DNA of 64,000 nt from Akkermansiaceae bacterium (GCA_905182475.1 CAJJBR010000044.1:1645-65644), one strand, 5' to 3'; positions 19,267-29,373 are shown, counted from the stretch's first letter. Translations and numbers: made by a program. Notes: generated by a model from the sequence alone, not told the origin.

Positions 19267-20787
19267 ATGAACCCACCGCCCATGCAATCCGCCCTTTTTG
19301 AAGAAACTCCCGTCGTCGTAAGTCCGCGTAAATCACGCCGATCCAAGACCACCAAAGCCATCGAGGAATTCGGACTCAAGGCTCCCTCGAAAATGGGGAA
19401 AAACTACGTCCTCGATACCAACGTCCTTCTCCACGACCCGGCCTGCCTTGAGCGTTTCAAGGAAAACCACATCTGCATCCTAGTCGATGTCCTCGCCGAG
19501 CTCGACAAGTTCAAGAGCGAGCAATCCGAAAGAGGAGCCAACGCTCGCCGCGTCCACCGCCGCCTGACCGAGACGTTTGCCTCCGGTGGCAGCCCAACCA
19601 ATGGCGTCCCTACAGAAGGTGGCGGCACGATCCGCCTGGTGATCTACGATCCCTCGGCCTGCCCGAATAATTCGGAGCGTCTTGACCAATTTTACCGCAT
19701 CTTCCCAGATCGCGATCGCGTTGACCACCGCATCCTCGCTGCCTGCTTCCTTCTCCAGCAATACAACACCGATGGCCAGGTAGCCCTCGTCACCAAGGAC
19801 ATCAACCTCCAACTCAAAGCCCACGCAGTAAACATTGAGTGCCAGGACTACCTGAACGACAAAGTCGATGCCCGCGAGGTATCGAACTACGAAGTCCGCC
19901 GTGTTGATGTCGAGTCCAACGAGCTGCACCGCTTCGCCAGCAGTGGGGAATTGGAAATTGATCCGGAGCGCTACATCGGCTGCGAGGTGAATGAATACGT
20001 CCTTCTCTGCTACGGGGAAAAACAAACCATTCCCGCACGCCTCCAGTTCGATAATAAATTCGTGCGCCTGAATATCCCCGAGGTTTTAAAAATCCCCGAC
20101 GGCCAATCGCTCAAGCCACTCAACCTCGGCCAGCGCTGCCTGATCGACGCCCTGCTCAATCCGGACATCTCCCTCGTCACCTGCTACGGCCACGCTGGCA
20201 CGGGCAAGACCCTAGTCGCTGTTGCCGCAGGCCTCCATGAAATGTTTAACCGGAAATTCACTGGCATCACCGTCAGCCGCCCGGTCGTCTCCATGGGGGA
20301 CCAACTTGGTTTTCTTCCCGGCTCACTCGATGAAAAAATGCGCCCCTGGCTCCAGCCCATCCACGATGCGCTGGATCTTCTGATGCGCCCCAACGTCCCA
20401 CTCGGCCCCAAGCGCAAACAATCGAAATCTGGTGCAGCCGTCACCGCTAAAAAACCATACGAAGCACTGATCGAGCAGGGCATCTTGGAAATCGAAGCTC
20501 TTTGCTACATCCGCGGCCGCTCAATTCCGAACCGTTTCTTCATCCTCGACGAGGCGCAGCAACTCACACCGCAGGAAGCGAAAACCATCGTCACCCGCAT
20601 GTCGCGCGATTCAAAGCTCGTCCTCGTCGGAGACCCCGCACAGATCGACAATCCGTATGTAGACAGCCGAAGCAACGGCCTCGTTTACACCCGCAACCGT
20701 CTTAAAGATCAGGCGTTCAGCGCCCACGTCGCACTCAACCGCGGAGAACGCTCGGAACTAGCCGAGGCGGGAGCACAGCTGATGTGA
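19267..20787 (+). CDS. PIN-domain::PhoH-like ATPase (PhoH2/YlaK type)
   Basis: Preferred start ATG 19267. PIN motif KNYVLDTNVLLHDP, Walker A GHAGTGKT, Walker B FFILDEAQ. The track ORF start at 19138 is probably too early. Confidence 0.85.
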   Translation: MNPPPMQSALFEETPVVVSPRKSRRSKTTKAIEEFGLKAPSKMGKNYVLDTNVLLHDPACLERFKENHICILVDVLAELDKFKSEQSERGANARRVHRRLTETFASGGSPTNGVPTEGGGTIRLVIYDPSACPNNSERLDQFYRIFPDRDRVDHRILAACFLLQQYNTDGQVALVTKDINLQLKAHAVNIECQDYLNDKVDAREVSNYEVRRVDVESNELHRFASSGELEIDPERYIGCEVNEYVLLCYGEKQTIPARLQFDNKFVRLNIPEVLKIPDGQSLKPLNLGQRCLIDALLNPDISLVTCYGHAGTGKTLVAVAAGLHEMFNRKFTGITVSRPVVSMGDQLGFLPGSLDEKMRPWLQPIHDALDLLMRPNVPLGPKRKQSKSGAAVTAKKPYEALIEQGILEIEALCYIRGRSIPNRFFILDEAQQLTPQEAKTIVTRMSRDSKLVLVGDPAQIDNPYVDSRSNGLVYTRNRLKDQAFSAHVALNRGERSELAEAGAQLM

Positions 20788-20816
20788 AACTTTAAATCTT
20801 AAACTTTAAACCTCAA
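20786..20816. repeat. 31-nt AT-rich motif, copy 1 (gaaactttaaatcttaaactttaaacctcaa)
   Basis: 29 of 31 nt identical to 29374-29404. It starts inside the phoH2-like stop codon. Confidence 0.8.
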
Positions 20817-20876
20817 AGAAGAGCCAAGGAAAATCCTTGGCGTCTATCCGCGGTTCCTCTTCTTCACCAACAAAAA

Positions 20877-20906
20877 AGCCGCCGGATTTCTCCGGCGGCT
20901 TTGGTT
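20877..20906. terminator. bidirectional terminator between convergent genes
   Basis: Perfect 10-bp stem agccgccgga / tccggcggct with a tttc loop. It has an A-run on one side and a T-rich stretch on the other, between the phoH2-like gene (+) and sodA (-). Confidence 0.75.
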
Positions 20907-20918
20907 TGATTATTTCCG

Positions 20919-21545
20919 TTATGCTGATGCGAAGTTCTCCGCTACCACATCCCAGTTCACTACGTTCCAAAACGCGGCGATGTACGCCGGGCGCTTGTTC
21001 TGGTAGTTCAGGTAGTAAGCGTGCTCCCAGACATCGAGGCCGAGGAGAGGAGTGCTACCGCATCCGCCGAAGTCAGGCCCCATCACAGGGTTATCCTGGT
21101 TTGCGGTCGAGCAGACGGCCACGGTGCCATCGGACATCTTGCAAAGCCATGCCCAGCCGGAACCGAAACGGGTCATGCCTGCATTTGCGAAAGCCTCTTT
21201 AAATGCATCGAACGAACCGAAAGCAGCATCGATGGCCGCCGCGAGATCGCCGGAAGGTGCGCTTGCGCCGCCGGGAGCGATAACTTTCCAAAAGTGGCTG
21301 TGGTTTACGTGACCACCGCCGTTGTTACGCACCGCGCCGCGGATTTCATCCGGCACGGAAGCGAGGTCTTTGACGAGTTCGCAGATGGATTTTGCTTCGA
21401 GATCCGCTTTGCCCTCAATGGCGGCATTGAGCTTGTCAACGTAGGCTTGGTGATGCTTGTCGTGGTGGATTCCCATCGTTGTCGCATCGATGTGCGGTTC
21501 GAGTGCGTCGAAGGAATAGCCGAGGTCTGGTAGTGTGTGTGCCAT
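20919..21545 (-). CDS. sodA: superoxide dismutase, Mn-type signature
   Basis: Start ATG at 21545 ([20 protein letters not shown]). Motifs [17 protein letters not shown] and [16 protein letters not shown]. Confidence 0.9.
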   Translation of the reverse strand: MAHTLPDLGYSFDALEPHIDATTMGIHHDKHHQAYVDKLNAAIEGKADLEAKSICELVKDLASVPDEIRGAVRNNGGGHVNHSHFWKVIAPGGASAPSGDLAAAIDAAFGSFDAFKEAFANAGMTRFGSGWAWLCKMSDGTVAVCSTANQDNPVMGPDFGGCGSTPLLGLDVWEHAYYLNYQNKRPAYIAAFWNVVNWDVVAENFASA

Positions 21546-21664
21546 AATGGTTAAATTGGTTGTTTCTCTGGTTTGTATTGTCGCGGGCATCCAAAAAAAG
21601 CATGATCGCGCCAACAGACTAACATCAACGCCATCTTGCGCCAGCCCGCAAGGGGAAATTCATT

Positions 21665-23149
21665 ATGCCACCGGAACTCCAACCCTATCTTCCTCACATT
21701 ATCACCGCCATCGCCTCACTTTTCGTGGGATGGCTGCTCACTTGGCTCGCCGCCGGGAGTAAGAAATCCGCCCTCGCCGAAAGACTGAAATCCGAGGAGC
21801 GCCGCACTACTGAAGCTGAAGCCCGCTTCGCCAATGCCGAGGCTGAGAGCGAACGCAACGAAACCGCCGCACAGAATTTCCGCAATCAGCTCGCGGAAAT
21901 GACCAGCCGCATGGAAGCTGAGCGAAAAGCCGCCACCGAGAAGCAATCCCTCCTCGCGCGCGCTGAAACCAAACTCTCTGATACTTTCAAAGCCCTCTCC
22001 GCAGACGCACTCAAGGGGGCGTCTGAGCAATTCCTCCACCTCGCAAAATCCACCCTAGCCTCCCAAACCGAGGAGGCCAAAGGCGAGATCGAGAAACGTA
22101 AAACCGCTATCGAAACATTGGTGAAACCTGTCGCCGATTCCCTCGGAAAATTCGAACTCCGCATCGGCGAAATCGAGAAAATCCGTGAAGGCGCATACTC
22201 CGAGTTGAAAGAACAGGTTCGCGCCCTCGGAGAAGGCCAGCTCGGCCTCCAGCGCGAGACCGCCTCCCTCGTCAAAGCCCTGCGCCAGCCCACAGGCCGT
22301 GGCCAATGGGGCGAGATGCAGCTCCGTCGAGTTGTCGAGCTCGCTGGCATGCAGGAGCATTGCGATTTCAGCCTCCAGACCAGTACCACCACGGACGAGG
22401 GCAAACGACTCCGCCCCGATCTCATCGTAAAACTTCCGGGACAGAAAACTATCGTCGTCGATTCCAAGACGCCAATGGACGCATACCTAAACGCCCTCGA
22501 GGCAACAGAAGACGCCGACCGCGAACGTTTCCTCACCCAGCACGCGCAGCAGGTCCGCACCCACATCCAGCAGCTTTCCTCAAAGAAATACACCGACCAG
22601 TTTGACGACTCGCCGGAGTTCACAGTCCTCTTCCTACCGAGTGAATCCTTCTTCTCCACCGCCCTCCATTCCGATCCCGGGCTCATCGAGCGCGGGGTTG
22701 ATCAAGGCGTCATCCTCGCTACTCCTACCACACTCATTGCCCTCCTGAAAGCCGTTGCCTACGGCTGGAGGCAGGAATCTCTCGCTCTCAACGCCAAGGA
22801 AATCTCCGCCCTCGGCCGCACCATGCACGAGCGCCTCGGCAAACTCGCCGACCACTTCTCTTCTCTCGGCAACTCCCTCAACAGCGCCGTCGATCACTAC
22901 AACCGCGCCATCGGCTCCTACGAGACCCGGGTCATGTCCACCGCCCGCAAATTCGAGGAACTCAAGGCCGCCCCCGAAAACACCACCCTCCCCAACCTCG
23001 AAGGCATCGACAAAACCACCCGCCCTCTCCTCACAGCCAACCCCGAAGTAGATATCGAAGCCAATGACGACTTCGCCTTCGTACCCGAAAAGAACACCGC
23101 CTCCAAAAAAGCGGCGAGTGATCTGCGTAGCGCGTTTGAGGATTTTTGA
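21665..23149 (+). CDS. rmuC: DNA recombination protein RmuC
   Basis: 494-aa ORF with an N-terminal TM, a long coiled coil, and an RmuC nuclease-like core (RPDLIVKLPGQKTIVVDSK..FTVLFLPSE). Confidence 0.85.
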   Translation: MPPELQPYLPHIITAIASLFVGWLLTWLAAGSKKSALAERLKSEERRTTEAEARFANAEAESERNETAAQNFRNQLAEMTSRMEAERKAATEKQSLLARAETKLSDTFKALSADALKGASEQFLHLAKSTLASQTEEAKGEIEKRKTAIETLVKPVADSLGKFELRIGEIEKIREGAYSELKEQVRALGEGQLGLQRETASLVKALRQPTGRGQWGEMQLRRVVELAGMQEHCDFSLQTSTTTDEGKRLRPDLIVKLPGQKTIVVDSKTPMDAYLNALEATEDADRERFLTQHAQQVRTHIQQLSSKKYTDQFDDSPEFTVLFLPSESFFSTALHSDPGLIERGVDQGVILATPTTLIALLKAVAYGWRQESLALNAKEISALGRTMHERLGKLADHFSSLGNSLNSAVDHYNRAIGSYETRVMSTARKFEELKAAPENTTLPNLEGIDKTTRPLLTANPEVDIEANDDFAFVPEKNTASKKAASDLRSAFEDF

Positions 23150-23184
23150 TTGAATTTCGCATCTGATGCAGTTACATCTGATGT

Positions 23185-23436
23185 ATGAGAACCACTTTGG
23201 ATATCGATTCCGACGTCCTGGAGGCGGCGAAGGAACTCGCGGCAAAAGAGAAAACGACCGCTGGACGGATCATCTCGGAGGTGTTTCGGAAAGGAATCCA
23301 ATCACGGCGGACACCCGGCGCCATGGCTTCCAAAGGAAAAGACGGGATAAAAAACGGAGTTCCCCTCATGCCATCACGCGGGGATCTGGTGACATCCGAG
23401 CGCATTCGGAAGATCATGGATGACGAGGGCATCTGA
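23185..23436 (+). CDS. vapB: VapB-type antitoxin
   Basis: 83-aa ORF with MRTTLDIDSDVLEAAKELA, a typical antitoxin N-terminus. Its stop overlaps the start of the PIN gene (TGATG). Confidence 0.75.
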   Translation: MRTTLDIDSDVLEAAKELAAKEKTTAGRIISEVFRKGIQSRRTPGAMASKGKDGIKNGVPLMPSRGDLVTSERIRKIMDDEGI

Positions 23437-23885
23437 TGAGATACCTCTTGGACATCAATCTCGTCATCGCCCTGATGGATCCCGACCATGTGTTCCACCA
23501 GAAGGCGCACGATTGGTGGAGTAAGAATGGCAAACCCTGGGCTTCCTGCCCCCTTACGGAAAACGGCTTCGTCCGCATCACCTCCTCATCGGCCTACAGC
23601 CCCAGCCCCAGCCCCAGCCCCAGCCACACTGCAACAGTCTTGGAGATGACCTCAAGATTCGCAGACTTTGCCAGAAACTCCGATCACGAATTCTGGCCGG
23701 ATGATTTCTCCATCACCGACCGGTCCCTCTTCGACCACAATCTCGTCCTGTCTTCGAAATACCTAACGGATCTATACCTCCTCAAACTGGCCTCCAGAAA
23801 CGGCGGTTGCCTTGCCACCTTCGACCGGAATATTCCCATCGGTGCCATCCGACAGGACGCGACCGAGGCTCTGCTCATCCTGTAA
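23436..23885 (+). CDS. vapC: PIN-domain VapC toxin carrying an internal (Ser-Pro)n insertion
   Basis: 149-aa ORF with MRYLLDINLVIAL, TENGFVRI and LATFDRNI. The insertion reads SPSPSPSPS. Confidence 0.8.
   Translation: MRYLLDINLVIALMDPDHVFHQKAHDWWSKNGKPWASCPLTENGFVRITSSSAYSPSPSPSPSHTATVLEMTSRFADFARNSDHEFWPDDFSITDRSLFDHNLVLSSKYLTDLYLLKLASRNGGCLATFDRNIPIGAIRQDATEALLIL
23597..23625 (+). repeat. hexanucleotide microsatellite (cagccc) x ~4.8 inside vapC
   Basis: cagccc cagccc cagccc cagccc cagcc read directly from the sequence. It encodes the SPSPSPSPS stretch. Confidence 0.9.
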
Positions 23886-24170
23886 GTTGACCTTTCTCGC
23901 CCCTCGAGAGATACCCTTTCTACATCCGGAAAACAGAGCATCATGAACCGGTAGCGTCATAAATCCACGGTGGGTATTCCGCATCGAGGAAGCGGCCACT
24001 GCCAACTTGATTTCCTGTATCAAGAACCGGCGATTCTACGGATATGAAGTGGGTTGCGTAGGCGATGATCCGGTCACCGGCCAGCTCGACATGGCATCTC
24101 CAAAGACCCTCGTGAAAACCCTCCTCCAAGATGAACAGCTAGTGTCTGACATTTTTGAAAATGCCCTCCT

Positions 24171-24449
24171 TCACACGCTTGGCTTCGGCAAGGCCTGCTG
24201 CCGCTGTTGCATTTGGGGAAGCTGTCCGAAAAGCACGGAAGATCGCCGGGATTTCAGGACGCCGCCGTTGATGGGATGGAACGTGGAACCAACAGACGCG
24301 GAAAAGGCCATCAGGAATACAAGATAGATGCCACAGAGAAAGAAGAATTCGAGTAAGCTGCGATCAAGGAAAAACATGCCAATAGCGGCGATAAAAACCG
24401 ATATGGTGACAGCTACGGCGATCCGGTTGTGCAGATTTCTTCGGGTCAT
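24171..24449 (-). CDS. small 2-TM membrane protein (hypothetical)
   Basis: Preferred start ATG 24449 (MTRRNLHNRIAVAVTISVFIAAIGMFFL..FFFLCGIYLVFLMAF). Co-directional with brnTA. Confidence 0.45.
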   Translation of the reverse strand: MTRRNLHNRIAVAVTISVFIAAIGMFFLDRSLLEFFFLCGIYLVFLMAFSASVGSTFHPINGGVLKSRRSSVLFGQLPQMQQRQQALPKPSV

Positions 24450-24553
24450 TGTATATCTCTGATTTGCTGGACAGGGAAGCGGAACCGTTCCGTTCGCCTC
24501 ATCCCGTGTGCGTAAAAGCGAAAGCGTTTCTTTCAGCACTTAAGTGGAAGCCG

Positions 24554-24811
24554 TTATCGAGACACCATCCCTTCTTCCTTCAACCTTTCCGCGAGCCAGA
24601 CCTTGACGATGGATTGTCGGGTTACGCCGACGCGTTTTGCCTCATTGTCCAGCGAGTTGATCATCCAATTCGGAAGATCCACATTCACACGGCGCTGCTC
24701 AAGGCCAGGGCGCGTCGCTGTTTTCCAATCCAAAAATGCGGAAACGTCCTCGCCTTCATCGAAGCGGCGGTCGAGTTCCTTAGCTGTGATGGTATCCTTC
24801 TTCTTCGCCAT
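24554..24811 (-). CDS. brnA: BrnA-type (CopG/RHH) antitoxin
   Basis: 85-aa ORF with FDEGEDVSAFLDW..RVNVDLPNWMINSLDNEAKRVGVTRQSIVKVWL, typical of BrnA. It overlaps the upstream BrnT gene. Confidence 0.8.
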   Translation of the reverse strand: MAKKKDTITAKELDRRFDEGEDVSAFLDWKTATRPGLEQRRVNVDLPNWMINSLDNEAKRVGVTRQSIVKVWLAERLKEEGMVSR

Positions 24812-25043
24812 GGCGTGATCTCCTTATTGATATGATTCTGATTTTTTCTTTCCTGAGAGTGTAGATGGCCGTCCAGAGCTTGCCCTGATGCTTCGCGATG
24901 ATCGCGTATCGGGGCTCATCCATACTTCTGGCGGAAATGATGAGCCTGCGCTCGTCGTTCCACAAATTCCGAGCCGAATTGAAATCGATCCCGTGCTTCT
25001 CTGCATTGGAGATCGATTTTTTCTCATCGAACTCAAAATCCAT
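24780..25043 (-). CDS. brnT: BrnT-type (DUF497) toxin
   Basis: 87-aa ORF with FEFDEKKSISNAEKHGIDFNSARNLWND..RIISIRRSR. Confidence 0.8.
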   Translation of the reverse strand: MDFEFDEKKSISNAEKHGIDFNSARNLWNDERRLIISARSMDEPRYAIIAKHQGKLWTAIYTLRKEKIRIISIRRSRHGEEEGYHHS

Positions 25044-25098
25044 AAAGGTATAGAAATGGATCTAACTCCGGAAATCAAGCGAAAACTTGAGATCGGAA

Positions 25099-25407
25099 TC
25101 AGCCCAGCGACCACCGGACGACTACAAAAACAAGCGGGACGATGGCGATAAAAAGCCATGCGGCGAACAGGTGGATCTTCGCGTTGGCTGGCTCCGCGAC
25201 GAAGTGTCTCGACCACCTGAAGTTTGCCATGGCGGATGGGAACCAGATGCAGGCGAGGGCGAGGAAGGAGAACGCCAGATAACGAACCGTCAGCGGTAGC
25301 CCGAGCTTGAGGTAGATGGCAATTGCCCAGAAGGCGACGGTTCCAACGGATGCGATACGCTGGAATTTCGAAGCGTGGCCGTCCGCATATTCGCCACCGT
25401 CCATCAT
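25099..25407 (-). CDS. small 3-TM membrane protein (hypothetical)
   Basis: 102-aa ORF with hydrophobic segments VGTVAFWAIAIYL, YLAFSFLALACIWF and LFAAWLFIAIVPLVFVVV. It sits 3 nt after the upstream secreted-protein gene. Confidence 0.5.
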   Translation of the reverse strand: MMDGGEYADGHASKFQRIASVGTVAFWAIAIYLKLGLPLTVRYLAFSFLALACIWFPSAMANFRWSRHFVAEPANAKIHLFAAWLFIAIVPLVFVVVRWSLG

Positions 25408-25410
25408 CGT

Positions 25411-26481
25411 TTACTCAGCCGCCGCTCCGAGGAAGATCCGGGAAACTTTTCCTGCCTTGAACTCAAAAATCATGCCGCCGTAGATGGAGCCTACGAGGTA
25501 TTTGTCACCGCCTTGCGCGAGATGCTCGGCTTCCTCCTTTTCGGTTTTATAATCGGCGTAGGCTTGGACAACTTCCTCTTTGGTCGAGCCTATGCCTATT
25601 CCACGTTCGGTCTTCAGTTCGGACGGCGCTTCGATAGTAATCGAGAACACAGCTTTCGTGCCGCCGATTTCTCCTGAAATCATGTCTGCCGAACATCCGG
25701 AACCGGTAAACGTCCATGGCTGCACGGCTTCGCCAAAAGCTTCCCAGATCTCGTCTTTTCCTTTGGCAAGCGCACCGAGTTTTTCCTTTTCACCTAGCGC
25801 AAGAACCTCGACTTCCGAGGCATCCAGACCGAGGCCTCCAATCCTGGCATCGACCATGATATCCGCACCGGTGACTTCGATCACGGCGATCTCCGAGCCG
25901 GGGCGGTAGCTGGTGGTGACCATTTCGCCCGCCTTGTAGATTCCTGCCGAGCCGTTTTTGTTCGAGAGACGAAAATACAGGCCGGAAGGCTGATTCGGGA
26001 AAGTGACATACTCGCGTGCCTCCAACTCGCTCATCACTAGCTCACTGGCTTTGCCATAAACCTTTTCCGCGTCCTCCAGGGAGATCCCGGGATGGACGCC
26101 GTCTTTGGTTTTGTAACCAGTATCCATGACATCGATGAAATCGATCACCGCATCTCCGGCGACTGTAGACTCTGCGTTCTCCTCGACCGCACTAAGTCTC
26201 ATGATGGTTTTTTCATTCACGCTGATCGTCACAAGGGCAATCCCCTCGCCTTCGGATGAACGCTTGAAGGATGCTTCATTCATCGCTTCCCGCGCCTCGG
26301 CGATGGTCATTCCCAGTTTGATCAAACCTGCGGAATTCGCGCTCACCATGGGTGCAATGGCTTCGGCGAGTTGCACAGCCACAGCCACAACCTCTTCCTC
26401 CTGCGCACTTGCGGTAGCGTTCAGCAAACATGGGCTGAGTAGTGCGATGGCTAGACGAGCGGTTCGTAGAGAAGCTTTCAT
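25411..26481 (-). CDS. secreted protein of unknown function
   Basis: 356-aa ORF with signal peptide MKASLRTARLAIALLSPCLLNATASAQ. The rest is acidic and beta-rich looking, with no recognised motif. Confidence 0.6.
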   Translation of the reverse strand: MKASLRTARLAIALLSPCLLNATASAQEEEVVAVAVQLAEAIAPMVSANSAGLIKLGMTIAEAREAMNEASFKRSSEGEGIALVTISVNEKTIMRLSAVEENAESTVAGDAVIDFIDVMDTGYKTKDGVHPGISLEDAEKVYGKASELVMSELEAREYVTFPNQPSGLYFRLSNKNGSAGIYKAGEMVTTSYRPGSEIAVIEVTGADIMVDARIGGLGLDASEVEVLALGEKEKLGALAKGKDEIWEAFGEAVQPWTFTGSGCSADMISGEIGGTKAVFSITIEAPSELKTERGIGIGSTKEEVVQAYADYKTEKEEAEHLAQGGDKYLVGSIYGGMIFEFKAGKVSRIFLGAAAE

Positions 26482-26553
26482 GGTAGTCGGAGGGCTACGA
26501 GGGGATTTAATTTTCCCCTTGTCTGGATGTAACAGTGGCCGGAGGGTATTGGT

Positions 26554-26919
26554 ATGTCAAAGCTATCCCACGCCGTCAGCCTCCACCCGTATTTCGAAAT
26601 CCGTGAAGGCAATCTCGACGCCTTTCTTGCCCTGATGCCCCAGTTCGTGGAGGCGACTACGAAGGAGCCTGCGTGTGTCTATTACGACTTTTCACGAAAC
26701 GGGAACACTGTCTTTTGCCGGGAAGCTTATGTAGGCGCAGAAGGCATCCTGGCACACCTTGACAACGTCGGGGAACTACTCGGAAAATGCCTGGAACTTT
26801 CCGATTTGAATCGACTCGAAGTTCATGGGCCTGCTGATGAAATCGAAAAACTCCGTGAGCCTCTTGCGGAGCTAAAACCGGACTTTTTCATCCGGGAAAC
26901 CGGACTGGAAACCAACTAA
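26554..26919 (+). CDS. ABM-domain (antibiotic biosynthesis monooxygenase-like) protein
   Basis: 121-aa ORF with LHPYFEIREGNLDAFLALMPQFVEATTKEPACVYYDF..EAYVGAEGILAHL, a dimeric alpha+beta barrel pattern. Confidence 0.6.
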   Translation: MSKLSHAVSLHPYFEIREGNLDAFLALMPQFVEATTKEPACVYYDFSRNGNTVFCREAYVGAEGILAHLDNVGELLGKCLELSDLNRLEVHGPADEIEKLREPLAELKPDFFIRETGLETN

Positions 26920-26924
26920 CTTGG

Positions 26925-27695
26925 TCAGAGCCCGAGAGCCTGCCTAGTCAAAGGATCCTTCAAGGCTTCGGAAAGCAAAGGATGGCGGAGCAATGTGCTG
27001 AAACGGCCTTCCTTCGCTAGATTCATCAGCTCCGGGTCATCAACAATGATGGCGCGGGGATAAGGCCGTCCCGTTTCCGGATCGAGAACAGGCTCAAGTG
27101 GCTTGTCCGGACTTGCGGCGATCATTTTCGCCAACCGTAGGCGCGGCTGCGCAGTGAGGGGGTCGAGTTTGTCCATTAGCGATTGAGGGATCGCGACGGA
27201 GATGGAGTTTTTCAAACGTTCCGCAAGGCTCGGACTGGGAGGCGAGCTGGTGCCGAACTCTGCGGAATTCCGAATCTCGGCCACCGAGCTAGCGTGGTGG
27301 ACCAGGGTGGCTACGGTGAGGCAAAGCAGGGCAGCGGGAATTATGGTAACAAGAAGCCGAAAAACCAGTTGACCAGATGACTTCGGCGCAATGTCTTCTG
27401 CGGTCTTTGGGACGGGTGCGCGGAAGAATTTGATGATTTTCCGAAGGACAAGGAGGCTCGCAAGAAAGGCTACGATCGGCAAACCCGTTGCGATCAACTC
27501 GGAAGGTTGGCCGAACCACGAAATCGCGAGGGACGGTGCCTGCTGCCATACCCGGAAGCCCACCCAGGCGCTAATTACGAGGAAGGCGGTGTTCACGAAG
27601 GTTCGTGCAAGCCCCCGAATAAACATGTATCCCGCGCACAGCCCGAAAATGATCAGGGCTGCGGTGCCAAGCGAGATTTCCGGGAGTGTGTCCAT
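26925..27695 (-). CDS. polytopic membrane protein, possibly CvpA-like
   Basis: 256-aa ORF with four N-terminal TM segments and a soluble C-terminal tail. Family assignment is tentative. Confidence 0.4.
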   Translation of the reverse strand: MDTLPEISLGTAALIIFGLCAGYMFIRGLARTFVNTAFLVISAWVGFRVWQQAPSLAISWFGQPSELIATGLPIVAFLASLLVLRKIIKFFRAPVPKTAEDIAPKSSGQLVFRLLVTIIPAALLCLTVATLVHHASSVAEIRNSAEFGTSSPPSPSLAERLKNSISVAIPQSLMDKLDPLTAQPRLRLAKMIAASPDKPLEPVLDPETGRPYPRAIIVDDPELMNLAKEGRFSTLLRHPLLSEALKDPLTRQALGL

Positions 27696-27753
27696 TTGGG
27701 TAAATGCTGAAATTTTGAAAACTGAAATACTGAAATCTGAGAGAAGGCCGGAG

Positions 27754-28047
27754 CTAACTTAGCCGAGCCTTGGGGAAATCCTGCTTCATATGGGCGATGG
27801 TTGCGACATCCATTTCCTCCGAAGAAAATCTGTAGATGATGCGATATCCACCCTCGTGGACTTCCCTGAAACCGGATTTCGGGTATTCATGAACCGGATG
27901 GCCGCAGGTTGGCATCAGAGATGTTTGTTCATCCTTTGCGATCACACGTTGAACCTGTCTGCCCGCATAAAGCTCCGAGTCACGCGCGATAAAATCATCG
28001 ATCGCCCTAAGCTCGGAGCGGGATTGTTCTGACCAAACGACCGTCAT
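27754..28047 (-). CDS. parE: RelE/ParE-family toxin
   Basis: 97-aa ORF with W..QSRSELRAIDDFIARDS..GYRIIYRF. It shares an ATGA overlap with the upstream antitoxin gene. Confidence 0.75.
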   Translation of the reverse strand: MTVVWSEQSRSELRAIDDFIARDSELYAGRQVQRVIAKDEQTSLMPTCGHPVHEYPKSGFREVHEGGYRIIYRFSSEEMDVATIAHMKQDFPKARLS

Positions 28048-28244
28048 GCCAAACCGAATTCCTTGCGGATTGAGGCGTGGGTGTGAGTGCGCCCAGCCTC
28101 AATATCGGCCATTCCATTATCGATTTTCTGGCGGACAAGGATTTCATACATGAGGTCATCCCAGCTAGCGGATTCCGGCAACTCCCGAACCAGTTGCGTC
28201 GCTGCGCTTTTGACAGAAGCATAGCTATCTTTAGTTTGCAGCAT
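28044..28244 (-). CDS. antitoxin partner of the ParE-like toxin
   Basis: Preferred ATG at 28244 (MLQTKDSYASVKSAATQLVRELPESASWDDLMYEILVRQKIDNGMADIEAGR). Small, acidic, and overlapping the toxin start. Confidence 0.65.
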   Translation of the reverse strand: MLQTKDSYASVKSAATQLVRELPESASWDDLMYEILVRQKIDNGMADIEAGRTHTHASIRKEFGLA

Positions 28245-28290
28245 ACTGGTAATTAGGATCAAAGGGGACTAAAATGCTAGCTGACATCGC

Positions 28291-29373
28291 TCAGTGACTC
28301 GCGCATCGCTGCCTCAGGAAATGATCGGTCAGAACAAGAGTCGCCATGGCCTCGACGATGGGAACAGCGCGAGGAAGGACGCAGGCATCATGGCGACCAC
28401 GACCCTGGAGGGTGGTGTTCTCGCCGCTGTCCGTTACGGTATCCTGGGTGGAAATGATTGTCGCAGTGGGCTTGAAGGCAACGCGGAAAACGATGTCCTC
28501 ACCATTGGTGATGCCACCTTGGACGCCGCCAGAGCGGTTTGTAGTAGTCCGGACTTTCCCGTCACGCATTTCGAAGGGATCGTTGTGCTCCTTTCCTGTC
28601 AGAAGAGTTCCCTGGAAACCGGAGCCGATCTCGAAACCTTTCGTCGCCGGTATGGAAAGCATGGCGGAAGCTAGGGCTGCCTCCAGCTTATCGAAGATTG
28701 GTTCGCCCAAGCCGGGTGGGCAGTTGCGAACCACACATTCCACGATCCCACCCACGGAATTTCCATCGGAGCGGATTTTTTTGATGTGCTTGATCATGGT
28801 CTCGACGACTTTCGGATCTGCAGTGCGAACCATGTTCGATTCAACGTCTTTTTGTGTCACAGTCGCAGGATCGACGTTGGCGTGGATGTGCTGGATGGTG
28901 CTGACCCATGCGACGATCTCGATGCCCGGGCAGAGCGTGTTTAGCACCTGTTTAGCCACCGCCGCCGCCGCAACACGGCCAATCGTTTCGCGTGCAGATG
29001 CGCGACCACCGCCGGAAGCGGCGCGGATGCCGTATTTCGCATCGTAGGTGTAGTCGGCATGAGAAGGCCGGTATTTCACCGCCATTTCCTCGTATGCAGA
29101 GGGGCGCTGGTCGGTATTTCTCACTAGGATGGAAATGGGCGTGCCGAGGGTTTTCCCATCGTGCATACCGGAGAGGATTTCCGCCGTATCAGCCTCCTTA
29201 CGAGGGGTAACGATTTCCGATTGGCCGGGACGGCGTCGGTCTAGCTCAACTTGGATCTGCTTGAGCGAAACGGGGATTCGCGGCGGGCAGCCATCAATGA
29301 TGACACCGACGCCACCGCCGTGGGACTCGCCGTAGGTGTGGATGCGGAAAACTTTACCGAAGGTGGAAGACAT
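28291..29373 (-). CDS. aroC: chorismate synthase
   Basis: 360-aa ORF with [30 protein letters not shown]-like RPSHADYTY and GRHDACV. Confidence 0.95.
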   Translation of the reverse strand: MSSTFGKVFRIHTYGESHGGGVGVIIDGCPPRIPVSLKQIQVELDRRRPGQSEIVTPRKEADTAEILSGMHDGKTLGTPISILVRNTDQRPSAYEEMAVKYRPSHADYTYDAKYGIRAASGGGRASARETIGRVAAAAVAKQVLNTLCPGIEIVAWVSTIQHIHANVDPATVTQKDVESNMVRTADPKVVETMIKHIKKIRSDGNSVGGIVECVVRNCPPGLGEPIFDKLEAALASAMLSIPATKGFEIGSGFQGTLLTGKEHNDPFEMRDGKVRTTTNRSGGVQGGITNGEDIVFRVAFKPTATIISTQDTVTDSGENTTLQGRGRHDACVLPRAVPIVEAMATLVLTDHFLRQRCASH

